IMG/VR virus record: IMGVR_UViG_3300012979_000001
Coordinates: 1 to 35,374 of that record
DNA: 35,374 nucleotides
Direction: 5' to 3' (one strand)
Source of the DNA: a virus
Taxonomy: Duplodnaviria > Heunggongvirae > Uroviricota > Caudoviricetes
In this document: positions 8,899 through 15,426 of the stretch, one piece after another
Layout: each line of letters starts with the position of its first letter
How positions within the stretch are numbered: the first letter of the stretch is position 1
Translations under genes and position numbers: made by a program
The notes under the pieces: generated by a model
What the model was told of the DNA's origin: nothing
Database searches by the model: none
Seen by the model: only the letters and a program-made list of their open reading frames with translations

Positions 8899-8927
8899 AT
8901 TATAACATATATTTTGTTATTTGTCAA
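8899..8927 (-). promoter_or_regulatory. SigA consensus promoter
   Basis: TTGACA-17-TATAAT, extended -10. Confidence 0.9.
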
Positions 8928-8997
8928 TAGTTTTTAGAAAATTTTTTTAAAAAATTAAAAATTTAAAAATTAAAATTTTTATGTTAGAGAAAGAAGA

Positions 8998-9246
8998 TTA
9001 TTCTTCTTCCTCTTTTTCTCCATTTTCATTAAGTCCAAGTGCCTCATATACACATTCTCTGTCGTGCCATAAGTAATCATTTAATTCAGTTTCAGTTGGT
9101 GTTGTGTCTGCAAATACCTCTTCCAAGTGTTCCATAAGTTCTTCTTCTAAATCTGCATTTTCAATATCTTGTAAAGTATCTAATGCTCCACTCCAACTAT
9201 TTTCTTTTAGGTCATAAAAACCATTTAATTCTTTTTTAACCCACAT
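8998..9246 (-). CDS. highly acidic small phage protein (WSGA...PTETELNDYLW motif)
   Basis: AAGGAG RBS; own promoter. Confidence 0.85.
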   Translation of the reverse strand: MWVKKELNGFYDLKENSWSGALDTLQDIENADLEEELMEHLEEVFADTTPTETELNDYLWHDRECVYEALGLNENGEKEEEE

Positions 9247-9301
9247 TTTAAAATTCTCCTTTTTTAATTATTTGTTAAGAGTGTTCCCTTAACTTAATTA
9301 T

Positions 9302-9330
9302 ATTATACCATATATTTTAGTATTTGTCAA
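9302..9330 (-). promoter_or_regulatory. SigA consensus promoter
   Basis: TTGACA-17-TATAAT, extended -10. Confidence 0.9.
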
Positions 9331-9357
9331 TACTTTTTTATAAAAATTTAAAAATTT

Positions 9358-9633
9358 TTATTCTTCTTCTTTATTTTCTTCAAATATATCATATAATTTA
9401 CTTGTTAGATTATCAACTACATCTTCTAGCATCTCCATAAGTTCAAAACATTCATTTGCATCTTCTTCTGTAAAGTTTTCTTTTAACTCTACCATAAAAT
9501 CAAATGCCTCTCCATCTTCTAACCAATGACAAAAATTTTCTCCTATGCCATCAGTTCCAAGTTCTGCATTATTATTTAACATATCTGCAATACAATGTAT
9601 TACTTGCTCAATATTCTCTTTTTTATATTTCAT
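9358..9633 (-). CDS. highly acidic hypothetical protein
   Basis: AAGGAGG RBS. Confidence 0.85.
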   Translation of the reverse strand: MKYKKENIEQVIHCIADMLNNNAELGTDGIGENFCHWLEDGEAFDFMVELKENFTEEDANECFELMEMLEDVVDNLTSKLYDIFEENKEEE

Positions 9634-9645
9634 TTTTACCTCTCC

Positions 9646-9861
9646 TTACATATATTTTAACATTTCTTTATATCTTTTGTTTTCTTCTAAGTCTGTTATT
9701 GTAACTCCGTTGTTTAATATTAAAATTCCTCTATCGTAATCACTTGCTATAATTGCTCCATATCCATATCTTCTTGTTATTCTATCTGCAACTTGTAATA
9801 AGCTATCTGCTTGTATGTCCATAACTCTTTTTTCTCCATTGTTTTCAAATTTTAATTTCAT
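9646..9861 (-). CDS. hypothetical protein
   Basis: ATG 9861 after AAGGTGG. Confidence 0.8.
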   Translation of the reverse strand: MKLKFENNGEKRVMDIQADSLLQVADRITRRYGYGAIIASDYDRGILILNNGVTITDLEENKRYKEMLKYM

Positions 9862-9895
9862 TTTAATTACCACCTTTTCTTAACTTTCTATATAT

Positions 9896-9924
9896 ATTAT
9901 AACATACATTTTGTTAAATGTCAA
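9896..9924 (-). promoter_or_regulatory. SigA consensus promoter
   Basis: TTGACA-17-TATAAT, extended -10. Confidence 0.9.
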
Positions 9925-9943
9925 TAGTTTTTTAAAAAATTTT

Positions 9944-10102
9944 TTAATTTTTTTCACTTTCTTCTATAAATTCCTCAACTATTTTATCTACATTATAACA
10001 ATCTGCATTTTCTCCATAGTATGCTCCCCACTCCAAATCAGTTTCAATTCTCAATTTTGATATTTCTTCTGCCATAAGTTTCATTATTTTTTTATATTTC
10101 AT
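9944..10102 (-). CDS. hypothetical 52-aa protein (not in ORF track)
   Basis: GAGGTG RBS; MKYKKIMKLMAEEISKLRIETDLEWGAYYG...; fills the gap between gene and promoter. Confidence 0.75.
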   Translation of the reverse strand: MKYKKIMKLMAEEISKLRIETDLEWGAYYGENADCYNVDKIVEEFIEESEKN

Positions 10103-10112
10103 ATTACACCTC

Positions 10113-10346
10113 TTAAAAATTCAATTCTAATATTTTTTGATAACTGCTTGTATTAGTTTTTTCATAATTATCAATATGTATTCCTAAATTGCTTTCTATT
10201 ATAGGAATGAATATACTAACCAAATCACTAAAATCTTTATCGGTTACCTCATTATCATAAAATGCTTTTGTAATAATTGCTTTCATTTCTTCTCTTGTGT
10301 TTGATTTTTTCATTTCTTCAATATAATTATCTAGCTTTTGCTCCAT
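10113..10346 (-). CDS. hypothetical protein
   Basis: ATG 10346 after AAAGGTGG. Confidence 0.8.
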   Translation of the reverse strand: MEQKLDNYIEEMKKSNTREEMKAIITKAFYDNEVTDKDFSDLVSIFIPIIESNLGIHIDNYEKTNTSSYQKILELNF

Positions 10347-10390
10347 AATCATTTCCACCTTTCATTTATATTATTTCCACTTACATATAT

Positions 10391-10419
10391 ATTATAACAT
10401 ATATTTTGATATTTGTCAA
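10391..10419 (-). promoter_or_regulatory. SigA consensus promoter
   Basis: TTGACA-17-TATAAT, extended -10. Confidence 0.9.
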
Positions 10420-10429
10420 TATATTTTTT

Positions 10430-10494
10430 AAAAAAAATAAAATATTTTTCAAGGGCTATCGGGCGACCTTTATAAAAAAGTGTCTTTTCCACCA
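10430..10494 (-). ncRNA. candidate small RNA from LexA-flanked promoter
   Basis: Consensus promoter with no downstream RBS or ORF; begins ..TGGTGGAAA like the unit at 14355; ends estimated. Confidence 0.35.
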
Positions 10495-10499
10495 CTAAC

Positions 10500-10528
10500 A
10501 TTATATCATAAACTTGTCAAGTTGTCAA
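10500..10528 (-). promoter_or_regulatory. SigA consensus promoter without a downstream CDS
   Basis: TTGACA-17-TATAAT; second TTGACA in the spacer. Confidence 0.8.
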
Positions 10529-10532
10529 GCCC

Positions 10533-10562
10533 TAAACATTTGTTCGGTTAAACAAATGTTCG
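10533..10562. promoter_or_regulatory. tandem LexA-type boxes
   Basis: TAAACATTTGTTCG 10533-10546 and TAAACAAATGTTCG 10549-10562. Confidence 0.65.
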
Positions 10563-10572
10563 CTTTTTAAAT

Positions 10573-10603
10573 AAAAAAAATTATAGGGCTTGCACCCTAT
10601 AAT
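10573..10603 (-). terminator. intrinsic terminator
   Basis: ATTATAGGG-cttgca-CCCTATAAT with T run on - strand. Confidence 0.8.
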
Positions 10604-10941
10604 AATTCTGCATAAAGTTCTCTTAATTCTTTAATTTCTTCCTGTTCTTCAAATTGTTTTGTAACCTCTTCTTTTTTTGTTTTTGTTAATCTTGCAATGT
10701 CATTTCTTGCCTTAAATCTTTGGATATATTCTCTTAATTCTTTTTCAATATAATTATATATGCACCCTCTCATACTTGTTTGAAATTGATAACACTCCCA
10801 AGTCCTATTGTAATATTGTACTTTGTTTTCTGCAATTTGTCTTGTGCCTTTAAATAATATTGACTTGTGATAAAATCCACTCCTATTCCAAGCACTCTCA
10901 TTTACAAATTGATAATCATTTTTTAATTTTTTGATTTCCAT
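10597..10941 (-). CDS. phage hypothetical protein (YYNRTWExYxFQ motif)
   Basis: ATG 10941 after AAAGGTGG. Confidence 0.85.
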   Translation of the reverse strand: MEIKKLKNDYQFVNESAWNRSGFYHKSILFKGTRQIAENKVQYYNRTWECYQFQTSMRGCIYNYIEKELREYIQRFKARNDIARLTKTKKEEVTKQFEEQEEIKELRELYAELL

Positions 10942-10976
10942 AATCAAAACCACCTTTCTTGTTATTTTCTATATAC

Positions 10977-11005
10977 ATTATAACATACATTTTGGTGTTT
11001 GTCAA
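10977..11005 (-). promoter_or_regulatory. SigA consensus promoter
   Basis: TTGACA-17-TATAAT, extended -10. Confidence 0.9.
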
Positions 11006-11051
11006 TAGTTTTTTATAAAAAAATTAAATTTATTTTAAATATATGAGAAGA

Positions 11052-11291
11052 TTAAATCTCCTCATATATCCTTTCTAACATTTTATCAATTTTATCATAT
11101 TCCTCGTTCCATATTTCTAACATTGATTTCTTTTGGTCATTAAATGCCTGTTCACTTGCATACATATTCTGCATACTGCCAATGTTGTTCCACTCTAAAT
11201 CCTTCCATTGTTTGATATTATTAAGTACCTTTTCTCCTCTTTCTTCTAAACTTGTTCTAATTATTACTAAATCATTATATTCAAAATTCAT
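11052..11291 (-). CDS. hypothetical protein
   Basis: AGGAG RBS. Confidence 0.8.
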   Translation of the reverse strand: MNFEYNDLVIIRTSLEERGEKVLNNIKQWKDLEWNNIGSMQNMYASEQAFNDQKKSMLEIWNEEYDKIDKMLERIYEEI

Positions 11292-11302
11292 AACTTTCTC
11301 TC

Positions 11303-11548
11303 CTATTCTTCAAAATATTCATCTACATTTATTCTATTTAAAAAATGCACAAGTGCCTCATATCCACTACAATTATATGAATACTCTTCACTTTTTTCAA
11401 AATCTGCATAAATTTTACAAGCTATTTCAAATATGTTATCACACTCATTGTTTTCTTCTCCTTTAAAATAATCTTGTAATAAGTCATATCCTAATACAAA
11501 TACATAATATGCTTTATCCTCATTCCACTCTTTTATATGCTCTTGCAT
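11303..11548 (-). CDS. acidic hypothetical protein
   Basis: AAAGGTGG RBS. Confidence 0.85.
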   Translation of the reverse strand: MQEHIKEWNEDKAYYVFVLGYDLLQDYFKGEENNECDNIFEIACKIYADFEKSEEYSYNCSGYEALVHFLNRINVDEYFEE

Positions 11549-11580
11549 ACATATCCCACCTTTCTTTAAATTCTACATAT

Positions 11581-11609
11581 ATTATATCATATATTGTGTA
11601 CTTTGTCAA
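11581..11609 (-). promoter_or_regulatory. SigA consensus promoter
   Basis: TTGACA-17-TATAAT, extended -10. Confidence 0.9.
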
Positions 11610-11627
11610 TAGTTTTATGCAAATTTT

Positions 11628-11867
11628 TTAAAAAAACTTACTAACTTTATAATCAAATTCTTTTTCTAGTATCTCAACAATATCTTCAATACTATATTTT
11701 TCACTTTCACACTTTTCAATTTCTTTCTGCCACAATTTAATTTGCTTTTTGTTTCCCTCATTATTGTCTATACATATATTACACTCTGCAATAAAAAAAT
11801 CTCTTATGTCTTTTTCTTTTACTATTCTTTCATTTAATTTATTATTTTTATTTTCTATTAAATACAT
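11628..11867 (-). CDS. hypothetical protein
   Basis: AAGGAG RBS. Confidence 0.8.
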   Translation of the reverse strand: MYLIENKNNKLNERIVKEKDIRDFFIAECNICIDNNEGNKKQIKLWQKEIEKCESEKYSIEDIVEILEKEFDYKVSKFF

Positions 11868-11922
11868 ATCAATTCTCCTTTTTTCGACCTCTCAAAATCG
11901 TTTTTAAGCCATTTTTATTTTT

Positions 11923-11951
11923 AGGTAGGGTAGTTTATACCCTACCTTTTC
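11923..11951. other. intergenic stem-loop
   Basis: AGGTAGGGTA-gttta-TACCCTACCT; T run only on the + strand. Confidence 0.75.
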
Positions 11952-11957
11952 TTCTTT

Positions 11958-12269
11958 CTAATAATGGTCGCCTAACATTTTACTATATCTATCAATTTCC
12001 TCTTGTGTTTCTAAAATCATTACTTTTTCAACTCTCCAATTATACCAATCTAGTCTTACACCAACGTCCGTTCCGTCTATGCAACTACCGAACATACTAT
12101 TTGCAATTTTTCCTGTTTCAAAACATCTATTGTTACTGCTTACCATATAAGTTCTACTTTGTTCACTAAACTCTTTTTCAAAATTGTCTTGCTTGTATGT
12201 TATAAGTGCATACTTGTCCTCCTTGTCCATAAATTGTTCTTTCATTTCTTGAAATGTTACTTGTTTCAT
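11958..12269 (-). CDS. phage hypothetical protein (SRTY...GSCIDGTDVGVRLDWY motif)
   Basis: AAAGGTGG RBS. Confidence 0.85.
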   Translation of the reverse strand: MKQVTFQEMKEQFMDKEDKYALITYKQDNFEKEFSEQSRTYMVSSNNRCFETGKIANSMFGSCIDGTDVGVRLDWYNWRVEKVMILETQEEIDRYSKMLGDHY

Positions 12270-12331
12270 TTTACATTTCCACCTTTCTTTTAAATTTTCA
12301 ATGTTCTAGGTATCTCCTACCTACACCTAAT

Positions 12332-12360
12332 ATTATAACACACTTTTTGATATATGTCAA
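12332..12360 (-). promoter_or_regulatory. SigA consensus promoter
   Basis: TTGACA-17-TATAAT, extended -10. Confidence 0.9.
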
Positions 12361-12417
12361 TAACTTTTTTAAAAGTTTTTTATTTTTTTTTAAAAAAAAA
12401 TTTTTCTGCATAAAAAG

Positions 12418-12447
12418 TTATCCACAAAGTTTTCCACAGTTTCCACA
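12418..12447 (+). promoter_or_regulatory. cluster of three co-oriented DnaA-box-like 9-mers
   Basis: TTATCCACA 12418-12426 (perfect), TTTTCCACA 12430-12438, GTTTCCACA 12439-12447. Confidence 0.55.
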
Positions 12448-12551
12448 ATATATTTCAAGTTCATATATAAATGTATTTATATTTCCCATTATTCCAATAT
12501 TCCACCTATTCGGTCAATTCTGCAATTCCGTGTTTTGTGGGGAGCGAAAAA

Positions 12552-12581
12552 CGAACATTTGTTCGCCCAAACATTTGTTCG
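12552..12581. promoter_or_regulatory. tandem LexA-type boxes
   Basis: CGAACATTTGTTCG 12552-12565 and CAAACATTTGTTCG 12568-12581. Confidence 0.7.
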
Positions 12582-12595
12582 GTATAAATATAAAT

Positions 12596-12630
12596 ATATA
12601 TAGATAGCATTATTCACACTATCTATATAT
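12596..12630 (-). terminator. 12-bp inverted repeat, probable terminator
   Basis: ATATATAGATAG...CTATCTATATAT just after the stop of 12644..13153. Confidence 0.55.
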
Positions 12631-12643
12631 TAACCATATATAA

Positions 12644-13153
12644 CTATTCCATTATTTCTAGTTCAAAATCACTACCAATATATTCCCAACTTGTACCAAA
12701 ATGTCCTACACCTAATACATAACATTCTAATAAATTACTATACATAATTTGTAATGTTTTCTGTCCACACTCTTTTAAATATTCTAAATCCCAATTGTTT
12801 ATATCTATTATAAAATATTGATAAAACTCCTCGTTATATTCTTCATCTTGTGCATATTCTTCTGCCATTTCTTCTAAATGTTCAAGTGTTTCTTCTCCAT
12901 TCTCTAACTGTTCTTTATATTCTTCTTTTAATTCTTCAAGTTTATCTTCTTTTATTTCATCAAATGTATAAAATCCACACTCTCTATTATAAAATAAGTC
13001 ATTATCTACATTTATAATATTATTACATAATACCATATTATTTCCTATAAATCTATTTACAACTGTCATATAACTTGCTTTTCCGTTTAAATATTGTTTT
13101 TCTCCATAACCTACTTTACTTTTTAATATTTTAATCTTTCTTTCTTTTTCCAT
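12644..13153 (-). CDS. acidic phage protein (EFYQYFII...HFGTSWEY motif)
   Basis: GAGGG RBS; 169 aa. Confidence 0.85.
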   Translation of the reverse strand: MEKERKIKILKSKVGYGEKQYLNGKASYMTVVNRFIGNNMVLCNNIINVDNDLFYNRECGFYTFDEIKEDKLEELKEEYKEQLENGEETLEHLEEMAEEYAQDEEYNEEFYQYFIIDINNWDLEYLKECGQKTLQIMYSNLLECYVLGVGHFGTSWEYIGSDFELEIME

Positions 13154-13185
13154 TTTTATTTCCCTCTTTCTTTCTTTTTATTTTG

Positions 13186-13207
13186 GATAGGGTATTTCTA
13201 CCCTATC
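13186..13207. other. intergenic stem-loop
   Basis: GATAGGGTA-tttc-TACCCTATC; same TAGGGTA/TACCCTA stem as 11923. Confidence 0.75.
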
Positions 13208-13224
13208 TCTATTTTATTAACTTA

Positions 13225-13488
13225 TTAAATAAATCTTATAAACTCTTCCATTCCCTTTATATGGGATAATATTTCAATTTTATCGAAAAATCCTCTACTT
13301 GCTACTATTCTTTCTCCTAATCTTTCTTTAATGTTGATATTGTATTCTAGTAAACTATTCTCTTTAACCTCTAACTCATATCTGTATTTGTTTTGACTTT
13401 TGTTTATTAACTCCAATCTCTCCTTTATTATTTCTTTTGTAATTTGATTGTTAGTTACTTTTCTGTAAACCTCTTTTTCAATCTTCAT
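13225..13488 (-). CDS. hypothetical protein
   Basis: ATG 13488 after AAGGAGG. Confidence 0.8.
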   Translation of the reverse strand: MKIEKEVYRKVTNNQITKEIIKERLELINKSQNKYRYELEVKENSLLEYNINIKERLGERIVASRGFFDKIEILSHIKGMEEFIRFI

Positions 13489-13537
13489 TTTTCTTCCTCC
13501 TTTTAAAATATAGGTGTTATCGTTTACCACCTCTTAT

Positions 13538-13566
13538 ATTATACACTATATTTTGTTATTTGTCAA
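13538..13566 (-). promoter_or_regulatory. SigA consensus promoter
   Basis: TTGACA-17-TATAAT. Confidence 0.9.
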
Positions 13567-13614
13567 TAACTTTTTATAAATTTCTCGACTTTGAGCAAAA
13601 AATTTTTTTTTAAA

Positions 13615-13685
13615 TCCTAAAATTAAAATATTAAAAATTAAAATTTAAAACTTAAAAATTAAAATCTAATATTTTAATTTTAGGA
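13615..13685. repeat. perfect 19-bp inverted repeat enclosing A-tract repeats
   Basis: TCCTAAAATTAAAATATTA 13615-13633 / TAATATTTTAATTTTAGGA 13667-13685. Confidence 0.8.
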
Positions 13686-13705
13686 ATATTAAAAATTAAA
13701 ATTTA

Positions 13706-13948
13706 CTATTTACATAATAACCATTGTTCATATATATAGTTATATTCGACTTGCATTATCTTTGCTAATTTTAAAAATATTCTTTCCCTAATAACACTAT
13801 CTCCTACACCTATTAACTCATAAACATCTCCATAACTATCTAATGTTTCAAAAACATCTTCAAATGTTATTTCTCCATTTATTTCTTCTCCTAAACTGTC
13901 ATTTTGATATTCTTTTAAATACCATTCTTTAACTTTTTCTTTTTCCAT
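13706..13948 (-). CDS. phage hypothetical protein (DxLGxEI...DSxIRERIF motif)
   Basis: ATG 13948 after GGAGG. Confidence 0.85.
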   Translation of the reverse strand: MEKEKVKEWYLKEYQNDSLGEEINGEITFEDVFETLDSYGDVYELIGVGDSVIRERIFLKLAKIMQVEYNYIYEQWLLCK

Positions 13949-13999
13949 ATATTTTACCTCCAAAATTTTATATTATTAGTATGCTCACTAACACTAAAC

Positions 14000-14028
14000 A
14001 TTATACACCATATTTTGATATTTGTCAA
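14000..14028 (-). promoter_or_regulatory. SigA consensus promoter
   Basis: TTGACA-17-TATAAT. Confidence 0.9.
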
Positions 14029-14039
14029 TAACTTTTTCA

Positions 14040-14355
14040 AATTTTCTCGACTTTTGTATAAAAATTTTTTTTCATAAAAATTTCAAAAATAACATTTCAA
14101 CAATATTGTTCCATATTAAATCTTCAAAAATTTCCCTTTATTGCACACGCCTGTTTATTCGGCAAAATTCCACAATTCATAAATGCTATATCTCCGTTTT
14201 AAATCATTTTTATTTTCAAGGCAACAATCTATACTATTCTATATTTAAAATTGTTCTGTGGCTATCCTCGTTATTCGTACATACATATTTTCACTACATT
14301 TTACCATTTTACGATATTTTGGGGAGCAAATCCATTAAAAGGTCGCTTTCCACCA
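14040..14355 (-). ncRNA. candidate ~300-nt non-coding transcript or leader
   Basis: Consensus promoter at 14361-14389 with no credible CDS before the next promoter; 3' end estimated. Confidence 0.35.
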
Positions 14356-14360
14356 AATAC

Positions 14361-14389
14361 ATTATAACATATATTTTGTCAAATGTCAA
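14361..14389 (-). promoter_or_regulatory. SigA consensus promoter without a downstream CDS
   Basis: TTGACA-17-TATAAT, extended -10; second TTGACA in the spacer. Confidence 0.85.
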
Positions 14390-14393
14390 TACC

Positions 14394-14423
14394 CGAACAT
14401 TTGTTCGTATGAACATTTGTTCG
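14394..14423. promoter_or_regulatory. tandem LexA-type boxes
   Basis: CGAACATTTGTTCG 14394-14407 and TGAACATTTGTTCG 14410-14423. Confidence 0.7.
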
Positions 14424-14454
14424 ATATTATATATTCTGCTAGTCTACATAATTC

Positions 14455-14484
14455 GTTTCTCATAACCATTATATTATGTAACAT
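14455..14484 (+). other. dif/cer-like Xer recombination site (tentative)
   Basis: GTTTCTCATAA-ccattata-TTATGTAACAT: XerC-like arm, 8-bp spacer, XerD-like arm. Confidence 0.35.
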
Positions 14485-14700
14485 TGCACAAAACTTGTCT
14501 TTTGTGTAAAGTATATGTATAGAAAATCTGTTCGTACACAATCGCCATAATGCAGTAATATCAAGGCTTTCAAGGATTTTAGTAGGCTAGTATTATGTCA
14601 AGTTTTACAACTCGTTTACATAATTGCATAACATAATCTATTTACCAAATAATCTCGTTTTCAAATTTTGTCTACATAATCAGTTGCTACTTTTTCACTT

Positions 14701-14746
14701 TGGAATTTTGTGATTTTTGGAGCAATTTTGGGTGGAATTTTGTGAT
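14701..14746 (+). repeat. 14-bp direct repeat, 32-bp period
   Basis: TGGAATTTTGTGAT at 14701 and 14733. Confidence 0.8.
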
Positions 14747-14773
14747 GACAATTTTTGGAAGTTATGAGTGGAC

Positions 14774-14803
14774 AAAACATTTGTTTTTGCGAACATCTGT
14801 TCG
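14774..14803. promoter_or_regulatory. tandem LexA-type boxes
   Basis: AAAACATTTGTTTT 14774-14787 (degenerate) and CGAACATCTGTTCG 14790-14803. Confidence 0.6.
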
Positions 14804-14881
14804 GTATTTTAAGTTGTAAAATTTTTGATAAACATATCGTCTGCATTTTTCCTTGATATTATTAGGGAATAGGAGTGCAAG

Positions 14882-15426
14882 ACCTCCTCCCACCACAAAA
14901 AACCACCAAAAATCCTACAAAAAAATTACAAAATTCTCCAAAATCTACCTCAAAAAAAACTAAAAATTCCCACCATATCACAACCAAAAAAACCAACAAC
15001 CACAACACAAAACAACACTACAAAAAAATCAAAAAAACAAAACAACCAACCTCAAAAATATCTCCCACAAAACATCTCCAAAAAACAACCCACAAAATAT
15101 TACAAAAATATTACAAAACAAAATCCAAAACAACAAAATATCCAACCATATCAATACAAAACTAAATCTCCCAAAACCTACCACAATCTCCCACATATCC
15201 CCACCACATTCCACATTACAAAAACATTACAAAATCCCCTACAAAACCTCAACTAAAAAAACAACCAAAAATCCAATCACATCAACCAAAATTTAAAAAT
15301 TAAAAAATAAAAATCCAAAACTTAAAATTTAAAAATTAAAAAACAAAAATCAAAAAATTAAAAATTCCACTCTCAAAATCCAAAAATTAAAAAATACCAA
15401 AATCCTTATCTTTACAATACCTCCTA
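14882..15426. other. 545-nt G-free (+ strand) A/C-rich non-coding tract
   Basis: No G between the G at 14881 and the G at 15427. Confidence 0.9.

Noticed and set aside
4520..14052. Scattered TCGAC/GTCGA motifs as Spo0A boxes; TTTTTCTGCA as CodY boxes
   Set aside because: Intergenic copies all carry mismatches to TGNCGAA or AATTTTCWGAAAATT; too short and degenerate to support
4552..14803. Classical SOS-inducible prophage switch
   Set aside because: No CI-like repressor, antirepressor or integrase is adjacent to the boxes in this window; a temperate lifestyle cannot be excluded from outside sequence
14875..15214. ORFs 14875..15165 (+) and 15029..15214 (-)
   Set aside because: By-products of the G-free composition (TAG and TGA cannot occur on +); low-complexity translations with no convincing RBS spacing
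14882..15426. G-quadruplex array on the - strand
   Set aside because: G runs are mostly GG separated by long T runs and GGG runs are sparse, so canonical G4 is not supported by eye
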